DNA of 30,691 nt from Verrucomicrobiota bacterium (GTDB lineage: Bacteria > Verrucomicrobiota > Verrucomicrobiia > Limisphaerales > CANJXF01): NCBI GenBank assembly GCA_039917795.1, contig JBDSIW010000190.1:1-30691 (forward strand). Reading direction: 5' to 3'. Each line of letters opens with the position of its first letter. Positions within the stretch are counted from its first letter, which is position 1. Shown in pieces: positions 23,410 to 30,691 of this stretch. The position numbers and the translations under genes are program-made. Under the pieces are notes generated by a model, which was not told the DNA's origin, did no database searches, and was given only the letters and a program-made list of their open reading frames with translations.

Positions 23410-25287
23410 TTACTCGATGGTTACGCTCTTGGCGAGGTTGCGGGGTTTGTCGATGTCGCAACCGCGCTCGACGGCGATGTAATACGCGAGCAATTGGAGC
23501 GGGATAACACCCAGAAGCGGGAAGAGCGGTTGCAGTGTTTCGGGAAGGTAAATGACGGCGTTGGCGATTTCCGATATGTCCGGATTGCCCGCCGTCGTGA
23601 TCGCGATAATCGGGCCACCGCGCGCCTTGATTACCTCGAGGTTGCTCAAAACTTTTTCGTACATCGCGCCCGTCGGAATCAAGACGACGCACGGGCTGGT
23701 TTCGTCGATCAACGCGATGGGGCCGTGTTTCATTTCCGCGGCGGGATAGCCTTCGGCGTGGATGTAGGAAATCTCCTTGAGCTTCAATGCACCCTCGAGC
23801 GCGACGGGGAAATTGATCAAGCGCCCGAGAAAATAAAAATCGCGAGCGCTGGAATATTTCTTTGCGATTGCTTCAACCTCCTGACAGCGATCGAGGACGG
23901 ACTGTATCTGCCCGGGAATCTTCTGCAGAGCCCGGATAATTTCCAATCCGCGACTGCAAGCGAGCATGCGAATACGGCCCATTAACATTGCGAACAAAAC
24001 AAGCGCGATGACTTGCGACGTGAACGCCTTCGTTGAGGCCACGGCGATTTCCGGCCCGGCGTGAAGGTAAATTCCGCCGTCCGATTCGCGGGCGATGGTG
24101 CTGCCAACCACGTTGCAGATAGCGAGTACTTTGTGGCCGCGGCGTTTGGCTTCGCGCAATCCAGCGAGGGTATCAGCCGTTTCGCCCGACTGCGTGAGCG
24201 CGAGCACGAGGGTGTTTTGCTCAATCGGCGCATTGCGATAACGAAACTCGCTGGCGTATTCGACCTCGGTCGGGATGTGCGCGAACTCCTCGAAAAGGTA
24301 TTCGCCAACCAGCGCGGCGTGCCAGCTCGTGCCGCAGGAAATAATCACAACGCGATCAATCGAGCGCAGTTCGGCGACAGTCATGTTCAGCCCGCCGAAA
24401 TGAGCGGTGCCTTCGTCGATATCCAGACGCCCGCGCATCGCGTTCTCCACGGTGAGGGGTTGTTCGAAAATTTCCTTGAGCATGTGATGGGGAAACGTTC
24501 CCAACTCCGTCGCTTCAGCGTTGAACTCAATCTGGCTGATCTGAACCGCAGCGGTGTCGAGTCCAAGGTTTGTCACCTTGAAACGATCCGCGGTCAGAGT
24601 GACGACGTCGTGATCCTTGAGGTAAACCGCCTGCCGGGTGTGTGCGACAATCGCGCTGGCGTCACTCGCTAGAAAATTTTCACCGCTGCCGACGCCGACG
24701 ATCAGCGGCGAGCCGCGTCGTGCGCCCACGATGGTTTTCGGATCATCCGCGCAAGCGACCGCAATCCCGTAGGTCCCGGTTACCTCGCGCAGGGCGGCAA
24801 TCACGGCGCCTGTCAAAAGCGAACCGTCGGAGAGGGGAACCAAACTATTTTCCTGCTGGGCTGCGATGGTGGCGAAATGTTCGCCGATCAAGTGCGCGAG
24901 AACCTCGGTGTCGGTCGTTGAATGAAATTGGTGACCCGATGCCATGAGCCGTTTCTTCAACAGATCGCTATTTTCGACCACGCCGTTGTGGACAACGCTG
25001 ATGCGCCCGGATTGATCAAGATGCGGATGCGAATTCTCGTCGGACGGTTTGCCGTGCGTGGCCCAACGCGTATGGCCGATGCCGGTTTCCCCCACGACCG
25101 GTTCACTTAACAAAAGCCGGGCAAGACCTTCGTCGATCTTTCCCTTTTTCTTTCGGACTTGTAGCGATTCGTTTCCCAAGACGGCCAGCCCAGCGCTGTC
25201 ATAGCCGCGATATTCCAGGCGGCGCAGTCCTTCAAGGATGATTGGGCCGGCTGGTTGTTTCCCCACGTAACCAATAATGCCGCACAT
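23410..25287 (-). CDS. glmS: Glutamine--fructose-6-phosphate transaminase (isomerizing)
   Basis: N-terminal MCGIIGY, RLEYRGYDSAG, GHTRWATHG, HNGVVEN, TDTEVLAHL, SQSGETAD-like TQSGETADTL, ASTKAFT, LEGALKLKEISYIHAEG, KHGPIAL, DIDKPRNLAKSVTIE. Confidence 0.98.
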   Translation of the reverse strand: MCGIIGYVGKQPAGPIILEGLRRLEYRGYDSAGLAVLGNESLQVRKKKGKIDEGLARLLLSEPVVGETGIGHTRWATHGKPSDENSHPHLDQSGRISVVHNGVVENSDLLKKRLMASGHQFHSTTDTEVLAHLIGEHFATIAAQQENSLVPLSDGSLLTGAVIAALREVTGTYGIAVACADDPKTIVGARRGSPLIVGVGSGENFLASDASAIVAHTRQAVYLKDHDVVTLTADRFKVTNLGLDTAAVQISQIEFNAEATELGTFPHHMLKEIFEQPLTVENAMRGRLDIDEGTAHFGGLNMTVAELRSIDRVVIISCGTSWHAALVGEYLFEEFAHIPTEVEYASEFRYRNAPIEQNTLVLALTQSGETADTLAGLREAKRRGHKVLAICNVVGSTIARESDGGIYLHAGPEIAVASTKAFTSQVIALVLFAMLMGRIRMLACSRGLEIIRALQKIPGQIQSVLDRCQEVEAIAKKYSSARDFYFLGRLINFPVALEGALKLKEISYIHAEGYPAAEMKHGPIALIDETSPCVVLIPTGAMYEKVLSNLEVIKARGGPIIAITTAGNPDISEIANAVIYLPETLQPLFPLLGVIPLQLLAYYIAVERGCDIDKPRNLAKSVTIE

Positions 25288-25436
25288 TTGGATTCAGGTA
25301 TTGTTTTCCCGCGTTTGTCCGGGAAAGAATTAGCACAGATTCACGGTTCGACATTCAATTTTTTTAAAGTAGCTTGCGCTCGCACGTCGCCAAAGTATAG
25401 AAACGACCAGCCCAATTTCCGAAAAAATTTCTCTTT

Positions 25437-26747
25437 ATGGCAGAAAATGTAACGCGAATGTCGCCTAATACCAGCAAGGTTCTTTCTGTAATCATGGGAG
25501 GAGGGCAGGGGTCGCGGCTCTTTCCCTTGACGCGGGATCGCGCCAAACCCGCCGTGCCGCTGGCCGGAAAATATCGGCTGGTTGACATCCCCATTTCCAA
25601 TTGCATCAACTCAAATTTGCGCCGAGTTTATTTGCTGACCCAGTTCAATTCCGCCTCGCTGCACCGCCACATTTCGCAGAGCTACAAGTTCGATCACTTC
25701 ACCGGGGGATTTGTGGAAATCCTCGCGGCGGAACAAACCTTCGGCGACACCTCGTGGTATCAAGGCACGGCGGACGCGGTCCGGAAAAACCTCACCCACT
25801 TTTTGAATCACGATTTCGAATACCTCCTCATTCTGAGCGGCGACCAGTTATATCGGATGGATTTTCGCGACATCGTCGCGCAACACATACAGAGCTCGGC
25901 GGACGTCACCATTGCGACTATCCCGATGCCGCGGAGAGAGGCGCAGGCGCTCGGGATTATGCAGATCGATGCCGAGCGCCGCATCACGCGATTCGTCGAG
26001 AAACCCAAAGAACCCGCGCTACTCGACTCATTGAAATTGGAACGCGATTGGTACCCGAAGCTTCAGATTAAGGGGGATGAGGAATTGTTTCTCGCTTCCA
26101 TGGGAATTTACGTTTTCAACCGCGAAGTTCTGCTCCGGTTGCTGGACAACGAATTTACTGACTTCGGCAAGCACATTATTCCCGGGTCAATCCAGACGCA
26201 CCGGGTTTTTTCCTACGTGTTCCAGGGTTACTGGGAGGACATTGGGACGATCCGTTCCTACTTCGAGGCGAACATCGATCTGGTCTCCGAATTGCCGCGC
26301 TTCAATTTCTTCGACATGAGTTCGCCGATTTTCACACGCCCGCGCTTTTTGCCTGCGTCGAAAATCAATGGCGCGGAAATCAACCACGCAATTATCTCTG
26401 ACGGTTGCATCATCAATCATGCGAAAATCAATCACAGCCTCGTCGGGGTCCGGAGCACCGTCAGCGCGGGCTGCGAATTGACCCGCACGATTTTGATCGG
26501 TTGTGATTATTACGAATCCGAGGTGTCAATCCAGCAATACGAAGAGCAGGGGATGCCACGCATCGGCATTGGAAAAAATACCCGGATTGAAAACGCGATC
26601 ATCGATAAAAACGCGCGCATCGGCGAGAACTGCGTCATCTCGCCGCTGGGAAAACCGGACAACATGGATCACGCGCTGTTCTACATTCGCGACGGCATTG
26701 TCATTATTCCGAAGAACGGAGTCATCCCGCATGGAACGGTTCTTTAA
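25437..26747 (+). CDS. glgC: Glucose-1-phosphate adenylyltransferase (ADP-glucose pyrophosphorylase)
   Basis: [94 protein letters not shown], and a C-terminal beta-helix. Confidence 0.97.
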   Translation: MAENVTRMSPNTSKVLSVIMGGGQGSRLFPLTRDRAKPAVPLAGKYRLVDIPISNCINSNLRRVYLLTQFNSASLHRHISQSYKFDHFTGGFVEILAAEQTFGDTSWYQGTADAVRKNLTHFLNHDFEYLLILSGDQLYRMDFRDIVAQHIQSSADVTIATIPMPRREAQALGIMQIDAERRITRFVEKPKEPALLDSLKLERDWYPKLQIKGDEELFLASMGIYVFNREVLLRLLDNEFTDFGKHIIPGSIQTHRVFSYVFQGYWEDIGTIRSYFEANIDLVSELPRFNFFDMSSPIFTRPRFLPASKINGAEINHAIISDGCIINHAKINHSLVGVRSTVSAGCELTRTILIGCDYYESEVSIQQYEEQGMPRIGIGKNTRIENAIIDKNARIGENCVISPLGKPDNMDHALFYIRDGIVIIPKNGVIPHGTVL

Positions 26748-26816
26748 CTGGAATGCCGGAAATCCGACTGGGAAATCAGGAGGGCGAAAATCCCCCCAAA
26801 AAGAAAAACTTCGGAA

Positions 26817-26892
26817 TGGTGGAGCCTATCGGGTTCGAACCGATGACCCCCACAATGCCATTGTGGTGCTCTACCAACTGAGCTAAGACCCC
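26817..26892 (-). tRNA. tRNA-Ala (anticodon GGC)
   Basis: The reverse complement GGGGTCTTAGCTCAGTTGGTAGAGCACCACAATGGCATTGTGGGGGTCATCGGTTCGAACCCGATAGGCTCCACCA (76 nt) folds as a cloverleaf. Anticodon arm CCACA-AT GGC AT-TGTGG, G3:U70 alanine identity pair, encoded CCA. Confidence 0.98.
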
Positions 26893-26908
26893 ATCCGAAG
26901 TGCCGTGC

Positions 26909-26936
26909 AATTTAGTGAGCCGTCCTGCTTTGTCAA
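26909..26936 (-). promoter_or_regulatory. sigma70 promoter of tRNA-Ala
   Basis: Minus strand: TTGACA (26936-26931), 16-nt spacer, TAAATT (26914-26909), then a GC-rich discriminator, 16 nt before the mature 5' end. Confidence 0.7.
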
Positions 26937-27034
26937 GATTACCGATTTGAAGAAAATTGCCGGGCGCAGGTCAGTGATTTTCAACGTTTTTTCGCTGCGA
27001 ACGCGATGTCATCCGGATCGGACCGCTGAGTGAT

Positions 27035-27487
27035 TCATTTAAACGCATCCGGCGGAGGAGCCTGGTTGATGACGAGCCAATAGTATCCGAGTTGCCCGAT
27101 GATTTCGCGAAATTCGGCAAAATCGATTGGCTTCTGAATATAGCTGTTCACCCCTAACTGATACCCTTCCACCATGTCGCGCTGTTGCTTGGAAGATGTC
27201 ATTACCACGACGGGGACTGCCTTCGTGCGCGGGTCCTGTTTTATGGCGCGAAGAACTTCCAAGCCATCCACCTTCGGCAATTTGAGGTCCAGCAAAACGA
27301 CGCGAGGGGGATTCTCGAAGCTGCGGCCGTCGTGGCCATTGCGGCAAAACAGAAAATCCAACGCTTCTTCTCCGTCGCGGGCCACGTGAATTCGATTGGC
27401 AAAGTTGTTTTTCTTCAGGGCGAAGAGCGCCAACTCCAAGTCGTCCGGATTGTCTTCGACCAGCAAAATCTCGATTGCGTTGTTCAT
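27035..27487 (-). CDS. Single-domain response regulator (Rcp1-like receiver)
   Basis: ILLVEDNPDD, VLLDLKLPKVDG (phospho-acceptor Asp), VVVMTSS, GVNSYIQKPIDF. No output domain. Confidence 0.93.
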   Translation of the reverse strand: MNNAIEILLVEDNPDDLELALFALKKNNFANRIHVARDGEEALDFLFCRNGHDGRSFENPPRVVLLDLKLPKVDGLEVLRAIKQDPRTKAVPVVVMTSSKQQRDMVEGYQLGVNSYIQKPIDFAEFREIIGQLGYYWLVINQAPPPDAFK

Positions 27488-27506
27488 GGTATTTTTCGGG
27501 CGGCGG

Positions 27507-29702
27507 CTAGAGTGGGTGCATTCCTTTCAAAGTAAAATAAAAAGTCGCGCCCTTGTCGAGTTCTGCTTCAACCCAAATCCTTCCTTCGTGCAGTTGGATA
27601 ATGCGTTGCACTGTTGCCAGACCCACGCCTGTTCCCTCGAAATCTTCGGCGCGATGCAACCGCTGAAACACCCCGAAAAGTTTATCGGCGTACTTCATAT
27701 TGAAGCCGACGCCATTATCCCGGATAAAAATTGCCAGCTCGCGGCCGACCCTTTTTTGCCCGATCTCGATGACCGCTTTGGGGCGAGTGCGGGTGTATTT
27801 AACCGCGTTGGAAAGCAAGTTGATGAAAACCTGCTTGATCAAACCTGGATCACATTTCAAGGAGGGCAACGCCTCAATCGACCAATTGATCTCTCGACTT
27901 TCATATTCCGGCTTCAGATCGGCAACCACTTCCTCCACTACTGAATTCAAGTCTGTCTCGTCACGGGCGATCTCGACGCGTCCGACCCGGGAAAGATTCA
28001 GCAGATCGTCCACCAACTGGCCCATGTTCTGGACACCGCGCCGGATGCGTTCGATGTAGCGGCGATTCCCGGACGAAATCGTTTCCTTCAATTCGTCCTC
28101 CAAAAGCTGGGCGAAAGCGTCGATGTGCCGGAGCGGGGCGCGCAAATCGTGGGACACCGAATAAGTGAACGCTTCCAGTTCCTGGTTTGTCGCGGCCAGT
28201 TCCGCGGTGCGCTGAATGACGCGTTCTTCCAGTTCCGCGTTCAAGGTGCGAATTTCTTCCTCGGCCCGAATTCGATCCGAGATATCGCGCGAATTAGCCG
28301 AGACACCAATCGTGGCTCCTTCCGCATTTCGAATCGGCGAGAACGTAATCGACACAAAGAAAAAGCTGCCGTCCTTCCGCACCCGCCGGGTTTCGAAGTG
28401 CTCGATCTTTCCTTGTTGCACTCGTTGCAGCGCCTGCACTTCCTCATCGTAGCGGTCCTGTGGAACAATCAGCGTGCTTTTGGAACCGATCGCCTCTTCG
28501 GCGGTGTAACCGAACATTCTCTCCGCGCCCACATTCCAACTTACAATTGTCCCGAATAAATCTTTTCCGACAATTGCGTCATCCGAAGACGAAACGATCG
28601 CGGCCAGCAGCGACAGTCCTTCAGCGGCCTCTTTGGCCTCGGTGACGTCCAGCGTCACCCCTAACAGGCGCACGGCTTTCCCACGCTCGTCGTAAAGTGC
28701 GTTCCCGCGCGAGGCCAGATAATGATAGGATTTATCCGGCCAAAGAACCCGGTACTCCGCCACGAAGTCAGTCTTTTCAGCCAGCGCGCGGTTCGCTAAT
28801 CGGGAGACGGCGGCACGATCCTCGGGGTGAAGATAACCAAGAAACGTTTCAAATCGCCCGTCGAAATCGCCTCGTTTTCGGCCAAATAATTTGTAAAGAA
28901 AATCGTCCCACTCCAGAAAACCGGTTTGCACGTCCCAATCCCACGTGCCGGTCTCAGAGGCTTCCAACGTCAGGCGCAGGCGCTCTTCGCTTTGGCGCAG
29001 CGCGGCATCCCGATCATGAATCTGCATGAGCATGTGGTTGAACGAATCCGTAAAGCTGCCCAGTTCATCCGTGCCGTATTTGCGGGCGCGAACCAGATAA
29101 TTCTTGTTCACCGAAACGGACTTGGCCGTCTCTGCCAGCTCCAATATGGGTTCCGAAATTCCCTTTTGCAGCCAATTGGAGAGCGCGAGCGCAATGAGCA
29201 GCGCCCCGATCATCACCCCGCCCACAATTCCCCCGTAGAGGACCACGCGGCTGTACATAGGGGTGAGGTCCAATTTCAAAAAGAGCGTTCCTTGCCACGC
29301 GTCCCCCTCTCGAACCGGCAAGAAAATCTGAAGCGCGTTTTTCTCGAAACGGTGCCCCTCGGTGCCGGGCTTGGCGGGAAAATCCGAGCGCGGTTGCTCA
29401 GAGGGATACCGGGCCAGTTTGGATCCGTCTTTCTTGTACAGGCAAGCCATCACGATGGACGGTTCAGCTTCGAGCTTGGAAAGAATTTCAGCGCCGACTT
29501 TCTCGTTATCGAAACTCAGCGCGGAGGTACTGTTGGCCGCGATGATCTGGGCTATAGTTGCGGCGTTCTGGAGGATCGTCCGGTGGAAGGTAAAAAGCTC
29601 GTAAGTGATCAGGGTGCCGGAAGTCAGGAGCAACACCACTGTGCTGGTGAGCATGATGACGTAAACCAGCTTGCGTTTGATTGGGACGTTCCGAAGATTC
29701 AT
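27507..29702 (-). CDS. Membrane sensor histidine kinase: TM - CHASE8 (YfiN-type periplasmic domain) - TM - HAMP - PAS - PAS - HisKA - HATPase
   Basis: TM1 LVYVIMLTSTVVLLL. Periplasmic SALSFDNEKVGAEILSKL...ACLYKKDGSKLARY. TM2. HAMP ISEPILELAETAKSVS...DELGSFTDSFNHML. Two PAS domains (GTWDWD...LHPEDR; DAIVGKD...SWNVGAERMFGY). H-box YSVSHDLRAPLRHI (His codon 28151-28149), N-box NLLSNAVKY, DNGVGF, GTGVGLA. Confidence 0.93.
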   Translation of the reverse strand: MNLRNVPIKRKLVYVIMLTSTVVLLLTSGTLITYELFTFHRTILQNAATIAQIIAANSTSALSFDNEKVGAEILSKLEAEPSIVMACLYKKDGSKLARYPSEQPRSDFPAKPGTEGHRFEKNALQIFLPVREGDAWQGTLFLKLDLTPMYSRVVLYGGIVGGVMIGALLIALALSNWLQKGISEPILELAETAKSVSVNKNYLVRARKYGTDELGSFTDSFNHMLMQIHDRDAALRQSEERLRLTLEASETGTWDWDVQTGFLEWDDFLYKLFGRKRGDFDGRFETFLGYLHPEDRAAVSRLANRALAEKTDFVAEYRVLWPDKSYHYLASRGNALYDERGKAVRLLGVTLDVTEAKEAAEGLSLLAAIVSSSDDAIVGKDLFGTIVSWNVGAERMFGYTAEEAIGSKSTLIVPQDRYDEEVQALQRVQQGKIEHFETRRVRKDGSFFFVSITFSPIRNAEGATIGVSANSRDISDRIRAEEEIRTLNAELEERVIQRTAELAATNQELEAFTYSVSHDLRAPLRHIDAFAQLLEDELKETISSGNRRYIERIRRGVQNMGQLVDDLLNLSRVGRVEIARDETDLNSVVEEVVADLKPEYESREINWSIEALPSLKCDPGLIKQVFINLLSNAVKYTRTRPKAVIEIGQKRVGRELAIFIRDNGVGFNMKYADKLFGVFQRLHRAEDFEGTGVGLATVQRIIQLHEGRIWVEAELDKGATFYFTLKGMHPL

Positions 29703-30304
29703 TGCAGGCTCGGGTCGGTCGAAACCACGACTGCAACTTGAAGCAATTTCGAACTGATGCCGAGGTTGGCCGTCTTGGCCGCCTCGAGGTTGATGCGCAA
29801 ACGAATCTTATTGTCAGCGGTGAAAAAACGGATGATTCCTCCCTGCAACGTAAAATTATCAATGTCACTCACCGTCAAGATGCTTCGCTCCTTCATCGCC
29901 GCGAGGATGGATCTCACGCGATCTTTTTCCGAGGCACCCACAAAAAGCACATGGCAATCCTTGATCTCGTTGACGCTCTTAAAATAGCGAATTTCCAGCT
30001 TTCGGTTTTTTACGACTTCGCCTTCGACCGTCTCGTTCAACGTTTTTCCAAAGGGATCATTGCCGAGAATGCCGATGACAATCGGGCTCCGCGCTTCGAC
30101 AAACGCGTTGGACGGCCAATTGACATACTGGACGAAATTATAGAGATAAACCGCTTTGATTTTGTACTCTGGCGCAGTTTCCTGGGCTCGGGCCGTCGCG
30201 CCGAAACCCATCCAGAGCAAGACCACCATGAGGATGCGCCAATAAAGGATGGTAATCTGCAATTGTCGCAGATCCAAGCGGTTTGATTGTTTCAAAACGA
30301 CCAC
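29699..30304 (-). CDS. yfiR: YfiR-family (DUF4154) periplasmic protein
   Basis: Signal peptide ending ...ATARA|QE. EYKIKAVYLYNFVQYVNWP, IVIGILGNDPF, CHVLFVG, ILTVSD, GGIIRF, INLEAAKTANLGISSKLLQVA are hallmark YfiR-family segments. ATGA overlap with the kinase start. Start GTG 30304 or ATG 30229. Confidence 0.9.
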   Translation of the reverse strand: MVVLKQSNRLDLRQLQITILYWRILMVVLLWMGFGATARAQETAPEYKIKAVYLYNFVQYVNWPSNAFVEARSPIVIGILGNDPFGKTLNETVEGEVVKNRKLEIRYFKSVNEIKDCHVLFVGASEKDRVRSILAAMKERSILTVSDIDNFTLQGGIIRFFTADNKIRLRINLEAAKTANLGISSKLLQVAVVVSTDPSLQ

Positions 30305-30691
30305 GTCACCTTTCCGTAAACGCTGCGTTCGATTTGATGTTGGTTCAAGTTGGGATAAGCGAATTGCGCCCGGTGATCGTAAAGGAGATTCTGCCCGACC
30401 AAGGAGAACTCAAGGTTTCTGGTCGCATGCCAGCCGACGCGAACGTCGAGCCCGAAATAGCTTGGAACGTAGCCGACATTTCCGGCTGAGATAAATGTCA
30501 AGCGGTCCACCCAACGCAAACCGGCATCCAGTTCCACGCGCCCGGGCAATTCCATAGACGAGCGAATCGAGAACTGCTGTTCCAGGCCAGAGGTTTCAGC
30601 GATCGCCTTCCCGACATCCACCTTGCCGGGCTTTTCGCGAATGTTTTCTTCAATGAACGAGTAGCCGCCGCGCAGCCGCCACCACGGAGAA
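30292..30691 (-). CDS. TonB-dependent outer-membrane receptor, C-terminal part (5' end outside window)
   Basis: The frame is open to the window edge (SPWWRLRGGYSFIEE...). Amphipathic beta-strands, YVPSYFGLDVRVGW, FSLVGQNLL, and terminal ERSVYGKVTWSF with the C-terminal Phe barrel signature. Confidence 0.85.
   Translation of the reverse strand, partial: SPWWRLRGGYSFIEENIREKPGKVDVGKAIAETSGLEQQFSIRSSMELPGRVELDAGLRWVDRLTFISAGNVGYVPSYFGLDVRVGWHATRNLEFSLVGQNLLYDHRAQFAYPNLNQHQIERSVYGKVTWSF

Noticed and set aside
25288-25436. Possible glmS ribozyme upstream of glmS (AGCGCAAGCTACT resembles its 5' end)
   Set aside because: The downstream conserved GACGAGG core and pseudoknot pairings are absent, and the space is short and shared with the divergent glgC promoter.
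26748-26892. tRNA-Ala 3' end as an island or prophage integration site
   Set aside because: No integrase, no duplicated tRNA 3' fragment in the window, and housekeeping glgC lies directly adjacent.
342-30494. Many long overlapping or antisense ORFs (e.g. 342..821, 4635..5504, 6523..7275, 14682..15737, 16838..17728, 23404..23985, 28926..29741)
   Set aside because: They lie opposite or out of frame within well-supported genes, show no family motifs, and are expected from stop-codon scarcity in GC-rich coding DNA.
1-30691. CRISPR arrays, IS/transposase genes, rRNA, phage genes
   Set aside because: I saw no regularly spaced direct repeats, transposase or integrase motifs, or rRNA-like sequence on either strand.

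Overview
Chromosomal, housekeeping-plus-carbohydrate region of a GC-rich Gram-negative bacterium. Gene content (prepilin/H-X9-DG protein, DUF1080, DUF4838, DUF2127, CGWS glutaredoxin) suggests the PVC superphylum, probably Verrucomicrobia; this is inference. Gene order: partial glutaredoxin >, bidirectional terminator, < DUF1080, panC > DUF2127 > nadB >, YidR/DUF3748 propeller >, a 1209-aa exported fusion (TIM barrel + LamG + PQQ dehydrogenase with inserted cytochrome c) >, < lipoprotein < prepilin-type protein < PHP-like metallohydrolase, acyl-CoA dehydrogenase > acyl-CoA ligase > DUF4838 >, < disrupted GH2 (in-frame TAA plus a frameshift) < ExuT-like MFS < LacI, < glmS, glgC >, < tRNA-Ala(GGC), < stand-alone response regulator < CHASE8-HAMP-PAS-PAS histidine kinase < YfiR-like protein < TonB-dependent receptor (partial). 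I saw no mobile element, CRISPR array or rRNA. The best leads are (1) a TonB-receptor/YfiR/histidine-kinase variant of Yfi trans-envelope signalling whose YfiR cannot form the usual disulfides, and (2) the four-module quinohemoprotein fusion. Two ORF-track strand labels (18375..20450 and 18834..19637) disagree with the sequence and were corrected. All family calls come from motif recognition by eye, not database searches.
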